Positions 18,236-27,052 of a DNA stretch of 46,580 nt are shown piece after piece (within the stretch, counting starts at the first letter, position 1; each line of letters begins with the position of its first letter). The position numbers were made by a program, and so were the translations under genes. The DNA comes from an uncultured bacterium (lineage in GTDB: Bacteria > AUK180): positions 1 through 46,580 of the forward strand of contig CALMGJ010000017.1 in the NCBI GenBank assembly GCA_937863565.1, written 5' to 3'. The notes under the pieces were generated by a model. The model was given only the letters and a program-made list of their open reading frames with translations. It did no database searches and had not been told where the DNA came from.

Positions 18236-19261
18236 ATGTCCGAATTAAGAAAGGACCCTATCACTAATTCCTGGATAATAATAGCCTCGGAACGGAGCAA
18301 GAGACCGTTCGACCATAATCAGCTGGAGAATTCCGCCGCGGCAGAACCCGTTAAATGCCCGTTTTGCGTCGGCTCTGAGAACATGACGCCGAATGAGATC
18401 TTCTCGTACCGTCCGCCTGACGATAAGACAAAATGGTGGGTAAGGGGCTTTCCCGCCCTTTCACCGATTCTCAAAATAGAAGGGGAGCTGGATCAACGCG
18501 GTTTTGGAATATACGATACAGTGAACGGCATAGGGGCGCATGAGATCATCGTCGAATCCCCAAAGCACGGAGAGGATTTCTCTGAGATGGACACGAATCA
18601 GATAGAAAAAGTGTTCTGGGCTTACAGGGACAGGATCATCGATCTCAAAAGAGATAAAAGATTCAGGTATATAATGATATTTAAAAATCACGGCCCGCAA
18701 TCCGGAGCCTCCAATATCAAGCATCCTCATTCGCAGGTCATCGCATTACCCGCGACACCTAAAAAGATCAAGGAAGAACTTGACGGGGCAAAGTTCCATT
18801 ACGGGCTCAAGGAACGCTGCATCTTCTGCGATGTGATATCTCAAGAGATACAGATAGACGAACGCATCATCATGAAAACCGAGCATTTTGCCGTGCTTGC
18901 TCCGTGGGCTCCGCGATTCCCTTATGAAACATGGATCCTCCCGCTCAAACATTCACATGATTTTACATCAATTTCCAAGGAACAGATCATAGACCTTTCC
19001 TTCGTTTATAAAAAATTCTTCAAGGCCCTCTATAAAGTGCTGGGAGAGGACATCAGCTACAATATGATCCTCCACGATGCGCCTAATCTTCTAAGAAGAG
19101 AGGGATACTGGAAGACGATCGAAGACGATTTCCATTGGCATATAGAAGTGATCCCGAGGGTCACGAGGATAGCAGGTTTCGAATGGGGAACGGGCTTCTA
19201 CATTAATTCGATACCTCCCGAGCATGCCGCCAAAGAAATGAAGAAGATCATTTATCAGTGA
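18236..19261 (+). CDS. galT: Galactose-1-phosphate uridylyltransferase (GalT-like)
   Basis: MSELRKDPI..WIIIASERSKRP, CPFC, FKNHG, HPHSQ catalytic motif, CIFC, AGFEWGTG. Confidence 0.92.
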   Translation: MSELRKDPITNSWIIIASERSKRPFDHNQLENSAAAEPVKCPFCVGSENMTPNEIFSYRPPDDKTKWWVRGFPALSPILKIEGELDQRGFGIYDTVNGIGAHEIIVESPKHGEDFSEMDTNQIEKVFWAYRDRIIDLKRDKRFRYIMIFKNHGPQSGASNIKHPHSQVIALPATPKKIKEELDGAKFHYGLKERCIFCDVISQEIQIDERIIMKTEHFAVLAPWAPRFPYETWILPLKHSHDFTSISKEQIIDLSFVYKKFFKALYKVLGEDISYNMILHDAPNLLRREGYWKTIEDDFHWHIEVIPRVTRIAGFEWGTGFYINSIPPEHAAKEMKKIIYQ

Positions 19262-19262
19262 A

Positions 19263-20228
19263 ATGAACCAGATCCTTCTGAAAAAATTATCCCGGCTCAA
19301 AGGGAAAAAGATCGCCGTGATAGGGGATATCATACTGGACCGGTATGTGTTCGGAGACGTATCCCGGATCTCCCCGGAAGCTCCCGTGCCCATCGTAAAA
19401 GTGATGAACGAGGAATACAAGCTCGGTGCCGCGGCCAATGTGGCCAAGAACCTGAAAAAAATGGAGAACACACCATTTTTAATCGGTCTGACCGGGGATG
19501 ACATACACGCCAATATCCTTCTTTCCCTAATGAAAAAGGAGGATATGACAACGGATCTCATCATCAGGAAGAAGAAATATAAAACGATCCTGAAAGAGCG
19601 TATAATATCAAAAAATCAGCAGATGCTGAGGATAGATTATGATCCGGGAACTTCTCCCTTAAAAACGGGAACAAGGATCATTTCCGCACTTAAAAAGATC
19701 AAACCGGATGCAGTGATCATAGAAGATTACAATAAAGGGCTTCTGAATATTTCCGCAATGAGAAATATCCTCAAATGGTGCCGCGAAAGGGACATTATGA
19801 CGGTTGCCGATCCGCATCCGTCAAGAAGTTATCAGTTCTACAAAGACACATATGCGATCACTCCGAACCTCAATGAAGCACAGCATCTTCTCCACACAGG
19901 AAAAAGGGAAGTCCCTCTTGAGAAAATCGCGGAGAAGCTTAATACGGGATGCAGGAACACGGTGACGCTCATCACTCTCGGGCCAAAAGGTATGCTTCTC
20001 TATGATAAGAACTTCCACTTCATTCCTACCAGAGCAAAGGAAGTGTACGATGTAACGGGTGCAGGGGATACAGTGGTCTCGATATTCACGCTCGCTCTCG
20101 TCTCGGGACTTACGCCTATAGAATCTGCGCAGCTTGCAAATTACGCGGCAAGTTATGTCGTGACCCAGATCGGTGCCGCTGCGTGCACTCACGAGATACT
20201 GGATGGCATTCTCAAGAATGACTCGTAA
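19263..20228 (+). CDS. rfaE1: D-glycero-beta-D-manno-heptose-7-phosphate kinase (RfaE domain I, PfkB family)
   Basis: VIGDIILDRYVFGDVSRISPEAPVP, DYNKG, TPNLNEA, DVTGAGDTV. Confidence 0.93.
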   Translation: MNQILLKKLSRLKGKKIAVIGDIILDRYVFGDVSRISPEAPVPIVKVMNEEYKLGAAANVAKNLKKMENTPFLIGLTGDDIHANILLSLMKKEDMTTDLIIRKKKYKTILKERIISKNQQMLRIDYDPGTSPLKTGTRIISALKKIKPDAVIIEDYNKGLLNISAMRNILKWCRERDIMTVADPHPSRSYQFYKDTYAITPNLNEAQHLLHTGKREVPLEKIAEKLNTGCRNTVTLITLGPKGMLLYDKNFHFIPTRAKEVYDVTGAGDTVVSIFTLALVSGLTPIESAQLANYAASYVVTQIGAAACTHEILDGILKNDS

Positions 20229-20703
20229 GATATTCTCCGACAGGAAAGCATTTTTAAGTACACTGAAAAAAATAAAAAAAACGCGCCGGCGGATCGTATT
20301 CACCAACGGCTGTTTCGACATAGTTCATCTGGGGCATCTTCATTATCTCAAGACCGCCGCAAGGATGGGAGATCTTTTGATCATAGGGTTAAATACCGAT
20401 ATGTCGATAAAAAGGCTGAAAGGCCGCGGGCGGCCGGTGAACAGTTTCGAATACAGGTCTCTTTTTCTTTCATACCTTGACTTCGTAGATTACATCATCG
20501 GGTTCGAAGAAGATACTCCGATTGAACTCATTGGCACCGTGCTTCCCGATATCCTCGTGAAAGGAGGTGATTACAGGAAAACAGATATCGTGGGATATCG
20601 AGAGGTTAAGGACAACGGCGGACGTGTTGTGACAATACCTTTCGAGTATGAAGTGAGCACGTCCGGGCTTATAAAAAAACTCAAAGGGAAGGCCTGCCGA
20701 TGA
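20218..20703 (+). CDS. rfaE2: D-glycero-beta-D-manno-heptose 1-phosphate adenylyltransferase (RfaE domain II)
   Basis: VFTNGCFDIVHLGH, GLNTDMSIKRLKGRGRP, KGGDY, STS; start moved to ATG 20218. Confidence 0.93.
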   Translation: MTRKIFSDRKAFLSTLKKIKKTRRRIVFTNGCFDIVHLGHLHYLKTAARMGDLLIIGLNTDMSIKRLKGRGRPVNSFEYRSLFLSYLDFVDYIIGFEEDTPIELIGTVLPDILVKGGDYRKTDIVGYREVKDNGGRVVTIPFEYEVSTSGLIKKLKGKACR

Positions 20704-21410
20704 AATGTGCGGTTTTCATCCCGGTCAGATACGGCTCTACGCGTTTTCCAGGCAAACCTCTGGCGGATATCAACGGGAAAAGCATGGTGAGAAGGGTCTG
20801 GGAGAACGCCAGTTCTGCAAAGAGCATCGACCGCGTATGCGTTCTGACCGACAATGAAGAGATCGTAAAAGAGTGCCAAATGTTCGGCGCGGAAGTTCTA
20901 ATGACCCCAGGGACAGTTAGAAGCGGAACAGAGCGGATAGCGTCGGTGATCGGCCGTTTCGGGGAATACGATATGATATTCAATATGCAGGGGGATGAAC
21001 CCCTTTTTAAAGGCGCCGATCTGGATTCACTTCTGAATAGATACCCTGCCGATGAAAAGACCGTATGCGGAACATACTGTTATCCGTTAGACCCTTCTTC
21101 GGCGGCGGACCCGAATAAGGTCAAGGTAGTGGCGAATGCTGCAGGAGAAGCGCTTTACTTCTCGCGAAGTCCGATCCCTACCGGCGGCCCCTTTCTAAAA
21201 CATATAGGCGTATACCTTTTCCGCAGGGAATTCATAAAAACATATATCGGTCTTCCTGCCGGCAAACTCGAGATCTCGGAAAACCTTGAACAGCTGCGCA
21301 TACTCGAGCACGGATATAAGATCTGCCTGAAAAGGACCGAGAGCGATACCGTTGCCGTAGATACGCAAGAAGACCTGGAAAAAGTGAGGATGATCCTGAA
21401 TGAAAAGTAA
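20700..21410 (+). CDS. kdsB: 3-deoxy-manno-octulosonate cytidylyltransferase
   Basis: IPVRYGSTRFPGKPLA, SGTERI, NMQGDEP, ALYFSRSPIP, HIGVY, LEQLRILE. Confidence 0.96.
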   Translation: MKCAVFIPVRYGSTRFPGKPLADINGKSMVRRVWENASSAKSIDRVCVLTDNEEIVKECQMFGAEVLMTPGTVRSGTERIASVIGRFGEYDMIFNMQGDEPLFKGADLDSLLNRYPADEKTVCGTYCYPLDPSSAADPNKVKVVANAAGEALYFSRSPIPTGGPFLKHIGVYLFRREFIKTYIGLPAGKLEISENLEQLRILEHGYKICLKRTESDTVAVDTQEDLEKVRMILNEK

Positions 21411-22188
21411 AAAGAAGAAACTCGTTGTGATAGCCGGCCCGTGCGTTCTTGAAGGGCTGAAGGAAACGGAGAGAATCGCAGAAACACTTATGGAAATCAC
21501 CGAAGGATTGCCGGTAGACCTTTATTTCAAGGCATCATTCGATAAAGCCAATCGGACATCCGGAGCTTCATATCGCGGACCGGGAATAAAAAAGGGAATA
21601 GAAATGCTCCGGAAAATTAAAAGTAAATACGGGATCAAGACAACTACGGATATCCACCTTCCCGAACAAGCCGATATGGTGAGGGACGCCGTGGACATGA
21701 TCCAGATCCCGGCTTTTCTGTGCCGGCAGACCGATCTTCTGATCGCTGCGGGAAAAACAAAAAGGAGCGTGAACGTTAAAAAGGGGCAATTCCTCTCTCC
21801 GGCGGAGACCAAGAATATCATCGAAAAGTTAAAGCATACTCCGGCCTCCGGGATCATGATAACGGAACGGGGCACGACATTCGGCTATAACCGTTTAGTC
21901 GTGGATATGACGGGCATTCCCGTTATGAGGTCATTTGGGGTCCCTGTGATAATCGACGCTACCCATTCCGTTCAGCAGCCGGGAGGAGGAGGAACGAAAA
22001 CGACAGGGAACAGGGACTTCGCACCTGTTATCGCCCGTGCAGGCATTGCCGCGGGCGCAGACGGCATTTTCATGGAAGTACACCCGCAGCCGGACCGGTC
22101 GCCTTCCGATGCCGCGAATATTGTTTCTTTAAGGGAATTTCCGAAAATATTGAAGATATTGCTGGAAATTTTCCGTCTTTTAGATTAA
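21400..22188 (+). CDS. kdsA: KDO 8-phosphate synthase
   Basis: IAGPCVLE, KASFDKANRTS, QIPAFLCRQTDL, KKGQFLSP, ERGTTFGY, DATHSVQ. Confidence 0.97.
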   Translation: MKSKKKKLVVIAGPCVLEGLKETERIAETLMEITEGLPVDLYFKASFDKANRTSGASYRGPGIKKGIEMLRKIKSKYGIKTTTDIHLPEQADMVRDAVDMIQIPAFLCRQTDLLIAAGKTKRSVNVKKGQFLSPAETKNIIEKLKHTPASGIMITERGTTFGYNRLVVDMTGIPVMRSFGVPVIIDATHSVQQPGGGGTKTTGNRDFAPVIARAGIAAGADGIFMEVHPQPDRSPSDAANIVSLREFPKILKILLEIFRLLD

Positions 22189-22196
22189 AATATAGT

Positions 22197-22604
22197 ATGG
22201 AGATAAAAACAGAAAAACTACAGAGCATGACGGTATTCTATTTCGGAAAACCGGAGAATACCACTCTTTCGATTATATACTCTGATCCGCAGATCGTTTT
22301 CACCTGTGAAGTGGACAAAGCGCCGACGAATGAGTTCATGGTCCTCTGGGACAATACAATGGACATCAATTTCTATCTCAATGCAGAGATGGAGTTCGTT
22401 AGCCAGGGCATCAGTTCGGGCATTAAATGCCTGCCCCATGCGGAGGAGTTCCTGAAAAAGCAGTATATGGAAGCCTATAACGGCCTGTCCCGGACGAATG
22501 ATGCCAATATGAAGAACCTGATGATGAAATCTCTGGCCAATGTCAAGGCCGCTTTATTCCTTCTTAACTGGTACAAAGAGAACAAATCCAAATATATCAA
22601 ATAA
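22197..22604 (+). CDS. Hypothetical protein (135 aa)
   Basis: Clean ORF 8 nt after kdsA with protein-like composition; no motif recognised. Confidence 0.7.
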   Translation: MEIKTEKLQSMTVFYFGKPENTTLSIIYSDPQIVFTCEVDKAPTNEFMVLWDNTMDINFYLNAEMEFVSQGISSGIKCLPHAEEFLKKQYMEAYNGLSRTNDANMKNLMMKSLANVKAALFLLNWYKENKSKYIK

Positions 22605-22659
22605 GGGTACGGCAACACTGAACAGTGAATAATGAATAGTGAACAGCAGAGCGGCAAGG

Positions 22660-22942
22660 CCGCGGTGTGGAGTGTGAAGTGTGAAGTGCCGAGTGGGAAT
22701 AAATAAAGAGTTGACAGTTGACAGTTAAGAATTGAGAGTTGAAAGTTGATAGTGAAAATGAAAGATCCTGTTGTCATCATCGTGCTTGACACGGTGATCC
22801 AGTATTAAAAGACAATATTAAATACCCTGGATTCCCGCTTTCGCGAGAATGACAAAAGAAGTGAATAATGAGTAATTATATGGAACATATTTCTTATCTC
22901 ACTTTACACTTCGCACTTCACACTTCACACTCCACACCGCGG
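22660..22942. repeat. MITE-like unit bounded by a perfect 30-bp inverted repeat built from 7-bp units
   Basis: 22660-22689 CCGCGGTGTGGAGTGTGAAGTGTGAAGTGC is the exact reverse complement of 22913-22942; the interior holds heptamer runs and a REP dimer. Confidence 0.75.
22772..22854. repeat. REP-like palindrome dimer, same family as 15351-15420 in opposite orientation
   Basis: TGTCATCATCGTGCTTGACACGGTGATCCAG-spacer-CTGGATTCCCGCTTTCGCGAGAATGACA. Confidence 0.75.
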
Positions 22943-22954
22943 TGTTTCACCGCA

Positions 22955-23683
22955 CTACTGCTTCATTAGAAAGGTGAGTATTTCCCCCGTTCCGGCGGTC
23001 AATTCATATAAAAGAAAGATCTTAAGGTCGCCGTTGCCGATAGCATCCAATTCTATCTCTGCATCCTTTGAATAAGCGTTAATGTCCTCAGATATTTCTG
23101 CAAGGTGATCGGTACCTGTGAACTTCACACGTTCTTTTATCGTTTCCGTATCTCCGGAAAGGGCATTCTTGAGTTCGGTTATCGCGGCATATCTGCTTCC
23201 GAAACGTGCCAGCGCATTGGCATCCGGAATGCTCAAGTTCCCTAAAAGACCGAGCAGATAAAGATGGAATGAATATCTGATCCCAAGGTCCGCCTCAATC
23301 GACGAGAGGTATTCCCCGAGTCCGGAGAATCTCTTTTTTCTTGAAGGGGACATCGAAGAGATGAAAGTCAGGTATTTTTTATACGCGTTGAATATAAGCG
23401 GATTTGCGAACCCGAATGAACTCATCCTTGCATTCACATGCTCAAACAGGCACAGAGCGTCTCTGGCAGGAAGTCTTTTCGAGGAGAGGAGAGTGCCCTC
23501 AATGAGAAAGATCCCTTTTATATCTTCCAGTACGCGGTCTTCTATAGAAATATCCAAAGAAGCGAATCTTGATAATAGAGAGAAAAAATCGGTATTCCTC
23601 TCCGTTACAGCGTATACTTCGGCCTCAAATCTGGAAAGGACCTTCAATACCCCTGCGGACAGCCCGAATCCCGAGAGGTTCAT
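22955..23683 (-). CDS. Hypothetical protein (242 aa)
   Basis: ATGA-coupled to the upstream CsgG-like gene; no motif recognised. Confidence 0.7.
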   Translation of the reverse strand: MNLSGFGLSAGVLKVLSRFEAEVYAVTERNTDFFSLLSRFASLDISIEDRVLEDIKGIFLIEGTLLSSKRLPARDALCLFEHVNARMSSFGFANPLIFNAYKKYLTFISSMSPSRKKRFSGLGEYLSSIEADLGIRYSFHLYLLGLLGNLSIPDANALARFGSRYAAITELKNALSGDTETIKERVKFTGTDHLAEISEDINAYSKDAEIELDAIGNGDLKIFLLYELTAGTGEILTFLMKQ

Positions 23684-24684
23684 CTGTCCTGAAGCTGCTT
23701 TATGACCTCTTCGCGTTTTCTCTTAAGGTTCTGAAGTTCCGTTTTCTTTGCGATGGCATTTGAATCGCTGCCCAATTGGAGCGCCTGATCGATATATGCG
23801 ATAGCCCCGTCATAATCGGCCAATGCCTGGTATGCGATCGCGAGATTGTAAAGGGCCGCTTTCTGATCGTTCAGCACTCCTTTCTCCGCTATATCCTCCC
23901 AGATAGGGATCGCATTGTCCCAGAGCCCGCCCCGGGCAAATTTGAAGGCATCTTTCATTCGCAGGTCCTTTCCTTTACTAATGAGCCGCTCACCCTTGTA
24001 AATTGTATGGGGCGCTATCTGGTTCACGAATTCCTTTACGATATTATTGATGATGCCCGCGAGCATCGATTTGGCTTCGGGAAGGGCGCTGATCGCCTCA
24101 CCTTTCGTTTTCCTCGCAACATTGCGCTGAACCTCGGGAGCATAGTTCTTGGAAACCATTATCTCGCCTGTAGCGACATTAATGATCTTGACGGTCATTT
24201 CGAGGCGGACTTTCCTGAACGCTTTGAACACCTTCTCCATATAATATTCTTTAGTTTTGCTGTTGTATCTTTTCTCTTCGACCTCCTCGCCGAAATCTCT
24301 GGAAGAGTAGTCGGAGATATGTCCGGTTATAATGGCATTGGCGCCGAGGAGCTGGCCGATCTGCTGCGAAGCGCTCTCTTCCGTAAGACCCGTTACCGAA
24401 AGCTGATGTTCGGACGTGATCGTTTTGAGTTGCGCTCTTTCTATCACCTTGAAGAAACCGTTGTCCAAAAGAGCCTGAGAGAGGGCATTGCTCACGTCAT
24501 CGGCAGGGGATCCGAGATAGGTCCTCACGGCAGTGAAATCTGCCACCGCTATCGCTTTCACTCCGGGAAGAGGATGCTGTGCGGGCTCAAGCATCTTGAT
24601 CGAGATCATGCCTCCGCCGCAGGACAGGAACATGAGCATGACAGAAACGAAAAAAAGTGCAAGGAAGATCTTTTTTGTTTTCAT
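23680..24684 (-). CDS. CsgG/HfaB-like lipoprotein with a C-terminal TPR
   Basis: Lipobox FLSC; IAVADF, FKVIERAQLKTITSEHQL, IGQLLGANAIITG, KIINVATGEI; TPR ALYNLAIAYQALADYDGAIAYIDQAL. Confidence 0.8.
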   Translation of the reverse strand: MKTKKIFLALFFVSVMLMFLSCGGGMISIKMLEPAQHPLPGVKAIAVADFTAVRTYLGSPADDVSNALSQALLDNGFFKVIERAQLKTITSEHQLSVTGLTEESASQQIGQLLGANAIITGHISDYSSRDFGEEVEEKRYNSKTKEYYMEKVFKAFRKVRLEMTVKIINVATGEIMVSKNYAPEVQRNVARKTKGEAISALPEAKSMLAGIINNIVKEFVNQIAPHTIYKGERLISKGKDLRMKDAFKFARGGLWDNAIPIWEDIAEKGVLNDQKAALYNLAIAYQALADYDGAIAYIDQALQLGSDSNAIAKKTELQNLKRKREEVIKQLQDR

Positions 24685-24704
24685 CTTTAACTCCGCTTAA
24701 GATT

Positions 24705-24733
24705 ATTTTATAATATTTTAAATGAAAATTCAA
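24705..24733 (-). promoter_or_regulatory. Sigma70-type promoter for the CsgG-like gene
   Basis: Minus strand TTGAAT-17 bp-TAAAAT, SD GGAG before ATG 24684. Confidence 0.55.
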
Positions 24734-24793
24734 ATCAACACTTCGGGAATCTGCTTCCGGAAAGGTCTGTGAATGCCCTATTTTAAAAACAGA

Positions 24794-24822
24794 TTGACAA
24801 AAAAGGCGTTTTTTAATATAAT
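24794..24822 (+). promoter_or_regulatory. Perfect consensus sigma70 promoter
   Basis: TTGACA-17 bp-TATAAT; SD AAGGAG 24833-24838; ATG 24845. Confidence 0.85.
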
Positions 24823-24844
24823 TTACATAAATAAGGAGTATTCT

Positions 24845-26317
24845 ATGCGTTCACAAAGGGTTCTATTTCTGGCGGCTTTGATGCTTCTAGGGGCCGCCGT
24901 TTTCTGCTCCACCGAAAAACCCGTGATCGTTCAAGGCGTCCAAAACATATCAGTCGAGGACTACAAGTACGATAGCGGAGAATCGGTCATCCTGAAATTC
25001 TCTCTTTCTCCGGATGACACATTAAGCCAGGGCAATCCCGTGAAGTATTATCGGATACTTATAAAGAGGGGATGGCTTGAAGAGGATGAGAAGATAAACC
25101 CGGATGATTTCAGGGAGATCCAGAATATCACATCCACGGCTATCGCAAAGTCCAGGCTCAGCGAAGCGCTGCGGAAGGATAAAAGCGTGAAGGAAAAATT
25201 CAGATATCCATTTCTCGATGATGTGAACGGCGAAAAGAGGACATATTGCCTCAGGCTTAAAAACCTGAAGCAGTTCTTTCTGAACCCTATCGAGAACAAT
25301 ATCGCGTATTACAGATACATTGTCGATGAATACAAGGTCGCAACAGACATCAGCAAGGAAGAGAAAAAATCCGAGATCAAAAAGATCTGGGCCGAGATCA
25401 TTAAAATGAACAAGGAATTGAAAACGCTCAGGAAAGAGCTCAATAAAGATCTCAAACTCACCGTTACCGTTGTTGCCGAATCCGCCGAGGGGATTAAAAC
25501 CTTCTCTCATCTGTACCAAACCTTCGAACCCAAGGTCGAAGCGGTGAACTTAGATAAACTGAGTGTTTTCATAGTTTCCATTGCCTTCGTTATACTCCTT
25601 CTTATAATTTACCAGATGACGAAGATGGGCAAGGAATTCTATGTGAGGCCAATCGCAGGACTTTCGGCCGTTGAAGAAGCAGTCGGCCGCGCTACGGAAA
25701 TGGGAAGGCCCGTGCTGTATATCGGCGGTCTGAGCGGCATTTCGGATATCGCCACGCTGGCCTCGATCAATATACTCGGCCAGATCGCCAAGAAAGTGGC
25801 TATTTACGAAACACCCCTGATCGTTCCCGCCTATGATCCGATCGTATACTCGGTGATGCGGGAAGTGGTAAGAGAAGCATACATTGATGTAGGGAAACCC
25901 GAAGCTTTCCAGGAAGAGAACATCTTCTACCTTACCAGCGAACAATTCGCGTATGCCGCCGGTGTGAACGGCATCATGGTAAGGGAAAGACCGGCAACGA
26001 TCTTCCATATGGGAATGTTCTTTGCCGAATCGCTTCTTATGTCCGAAACCGGGAATCAGGTAGGCGCCATACAGATAGCCGGAACGGACGCCGTTACGCA
26101 GATACCGTTCTTCATAACCTCCTGCGACTATACGCTGATCGGAGAGGAGCTTTATGCCGCAAGCGCATACCTGTCCAAGGAACCCCTTCTGCTTTCAACG
26201 CTCAAGGCCCAGGATTACGGAAAACTCGCAATAATGGTGGGGATCATCCTCGGCATCGTTCTTGAGCTTCTGGGAGTAACATTATTGACCCAGATACTTC
26301 AGAACATACCGGAGTAG
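24845..26317 (+). CDS. DUF6754-domain membrane protein with an exported N-terminal FN3-like/coiled-coil region
   Basis: N-terminal signal; one TM helix then YVRPIAGLSAVEEAVGRATEMGRPV, QFAYAAG, FFAESL, IQIAGT, QIPFFITSCDYTLIGEELYAASAYLS. Confidence 0.8.
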   Translation: MRSQRVLFLAALMLLGAAVFCSTEKPVIVQGVQNISVEDYKYDSGESVILKFSLSPDDTLSQGNPVKYYRILIKRGWLEEDEKINPDDFREIQNITSTAIAKSRLSEALRKDKSVKEKFRYPFLDDVNGEKRTYCLRLKNLKQFFLNPIENNIAYYRYIVDEYKVATDISKEEKKSEIKKIWAEIIKMNKELKTLRKELNKDLKLTVTVVAESAEGIKTFSHLYQTFEPKVEAVNLDKLSVFIVSIAFVILLLIIYQMTKMGKEFYVRPIAGLSAVEEAVGRATEMGRPVLYIGGLSGISDIATLASINILGQIAKKVAIYETPLIVPAYDPIVYSVMREVVREAYIDVGKPEAFQEENIFYLTSEQFAYAAGVNGIMVRERPATIFHMGMFFAESLLMSETGNQVGAIQIAGTDAVTQIPFFITSCDYTLIGEELYAASAYLSKEPLLLSTLKAQDYGKLAIMVGIILGIVLELLGVTLLTQILQNIPE

Positions 26318-26326
26318 GAGATTACA

Positions 26327-27043
26327 ATGAAAAGATCAGTACCGCTCGCCATAGTCCTTGTGACAGGCATCATATATTTCTTCGTGCCCTTCATGACCAA
26401 CCGCTTCACGATGGATTTCCTGTACCAGACGATCCTTGTGGATTGGATGAAGATCATGGGCGTTTTCGCCATCGTGATGTCCATCACCTCTCTTGTGAGA
26501 AGGAATGTGTACAAGATCCAGAGAAAGGTCGGCGATTACCAGTATTCCTGGGTAGAACTGATAGGGATGGCCTTCATGATAACCGTCTCGATCTTTCTTC
26601 CCCAGACCCCGCTCGGCAAGAACATGCTCCTGGGCGGGATACGCGAAGGATCGGTATATGACTGGGTATTCTCGAACATCCAGGTTCCAATGCAGGCGAC
26701 GATGTTCTCGCTTCTCGCGTTCTACATCGCCTCGGCCGCCTACCGCTCTTTCAGGGCGCGCAATGCGGAGGCGACGCTTCTTCTCATCACGGCCGGTATA
26801 GTGATGATCGGAAGGGTACCCCTCGGAGAGGATATATATAATTTCATGAAGGGATTGAACGGGGACGCATCCTTCAGGTGGTCGGAAATATTCAATTTCC
26901 AGGGCATCACCCAGTTCATACTCGATATCCCGAACGCCGCGACAAAAAGGGCCATCGGCTTCGGCGTCGTCATGGGCATGATCGCCACCTCCCTCAAGAT
27001 CATGTTCGGGATCGAAAAATCCTGGCTCGGCGGCACGGAGTAG
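26327..27043 (+). CDS. Conserved hypothetical multi-pass membrane protein (DUF6754 cluster)
   Basis: About 5-6 TM helices; ATMFSLLAFYIASAAYRSFRARN.EATLLL, IGRVPLG, PNAATKRAI..G, GIEKSWLGG; SD AGGAG. Confidence 0.8.
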   Translation: MKRSVPLAIVLVTGIIYFFVPFMTNRFTMDFLYQTILVDWMKIMGVFAIVMSITSLVRRNVYKIQRKVGDYQYSWVELIGMAFMITVSIFLPQTPLGKNMLLGGIREGSVYDWVFSNIQVPMQATMFSLLAFYIASAAYRSFRARNAEATLLLITAGIVMIGRVPLGEDIYNFMKGLNGDASFRWSEIFNFQGITQFILDIPNAATKRAIGFGVVMGMIATSLKIMFGIEKSWLGGTE

Positions 27044-27052
27044 GGGGTATAT

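Noticed and set aside
22475-22792. 105-aa minus-strand ORF (FQLSILNCQLSTL, HFTLHT)
   Set aside because: It is a translation of the heptamer repeats and overlaps the 22197-22604 gene antisense; the same applies to the 62-aa ORF at 4791-4979.
23776-24690. 304-aa plus-strand ORF
   Set aside because: Antisense shadow of the CsgG-like lipoprotein, which has a lipobox, SD and promoter; the shadow has no motifs.
6328-24844. Longest-ORF starts at 6328, 7404, 14304, 16875, 20173 and 24773
   Set aside because: Downstream ATGs (6382, 7440, 14322, 17034, 20218, 24845) have SDs, proper signal peptides or smaller overlaps; several of the longer starts fall inside or upstream of promoter boxes.
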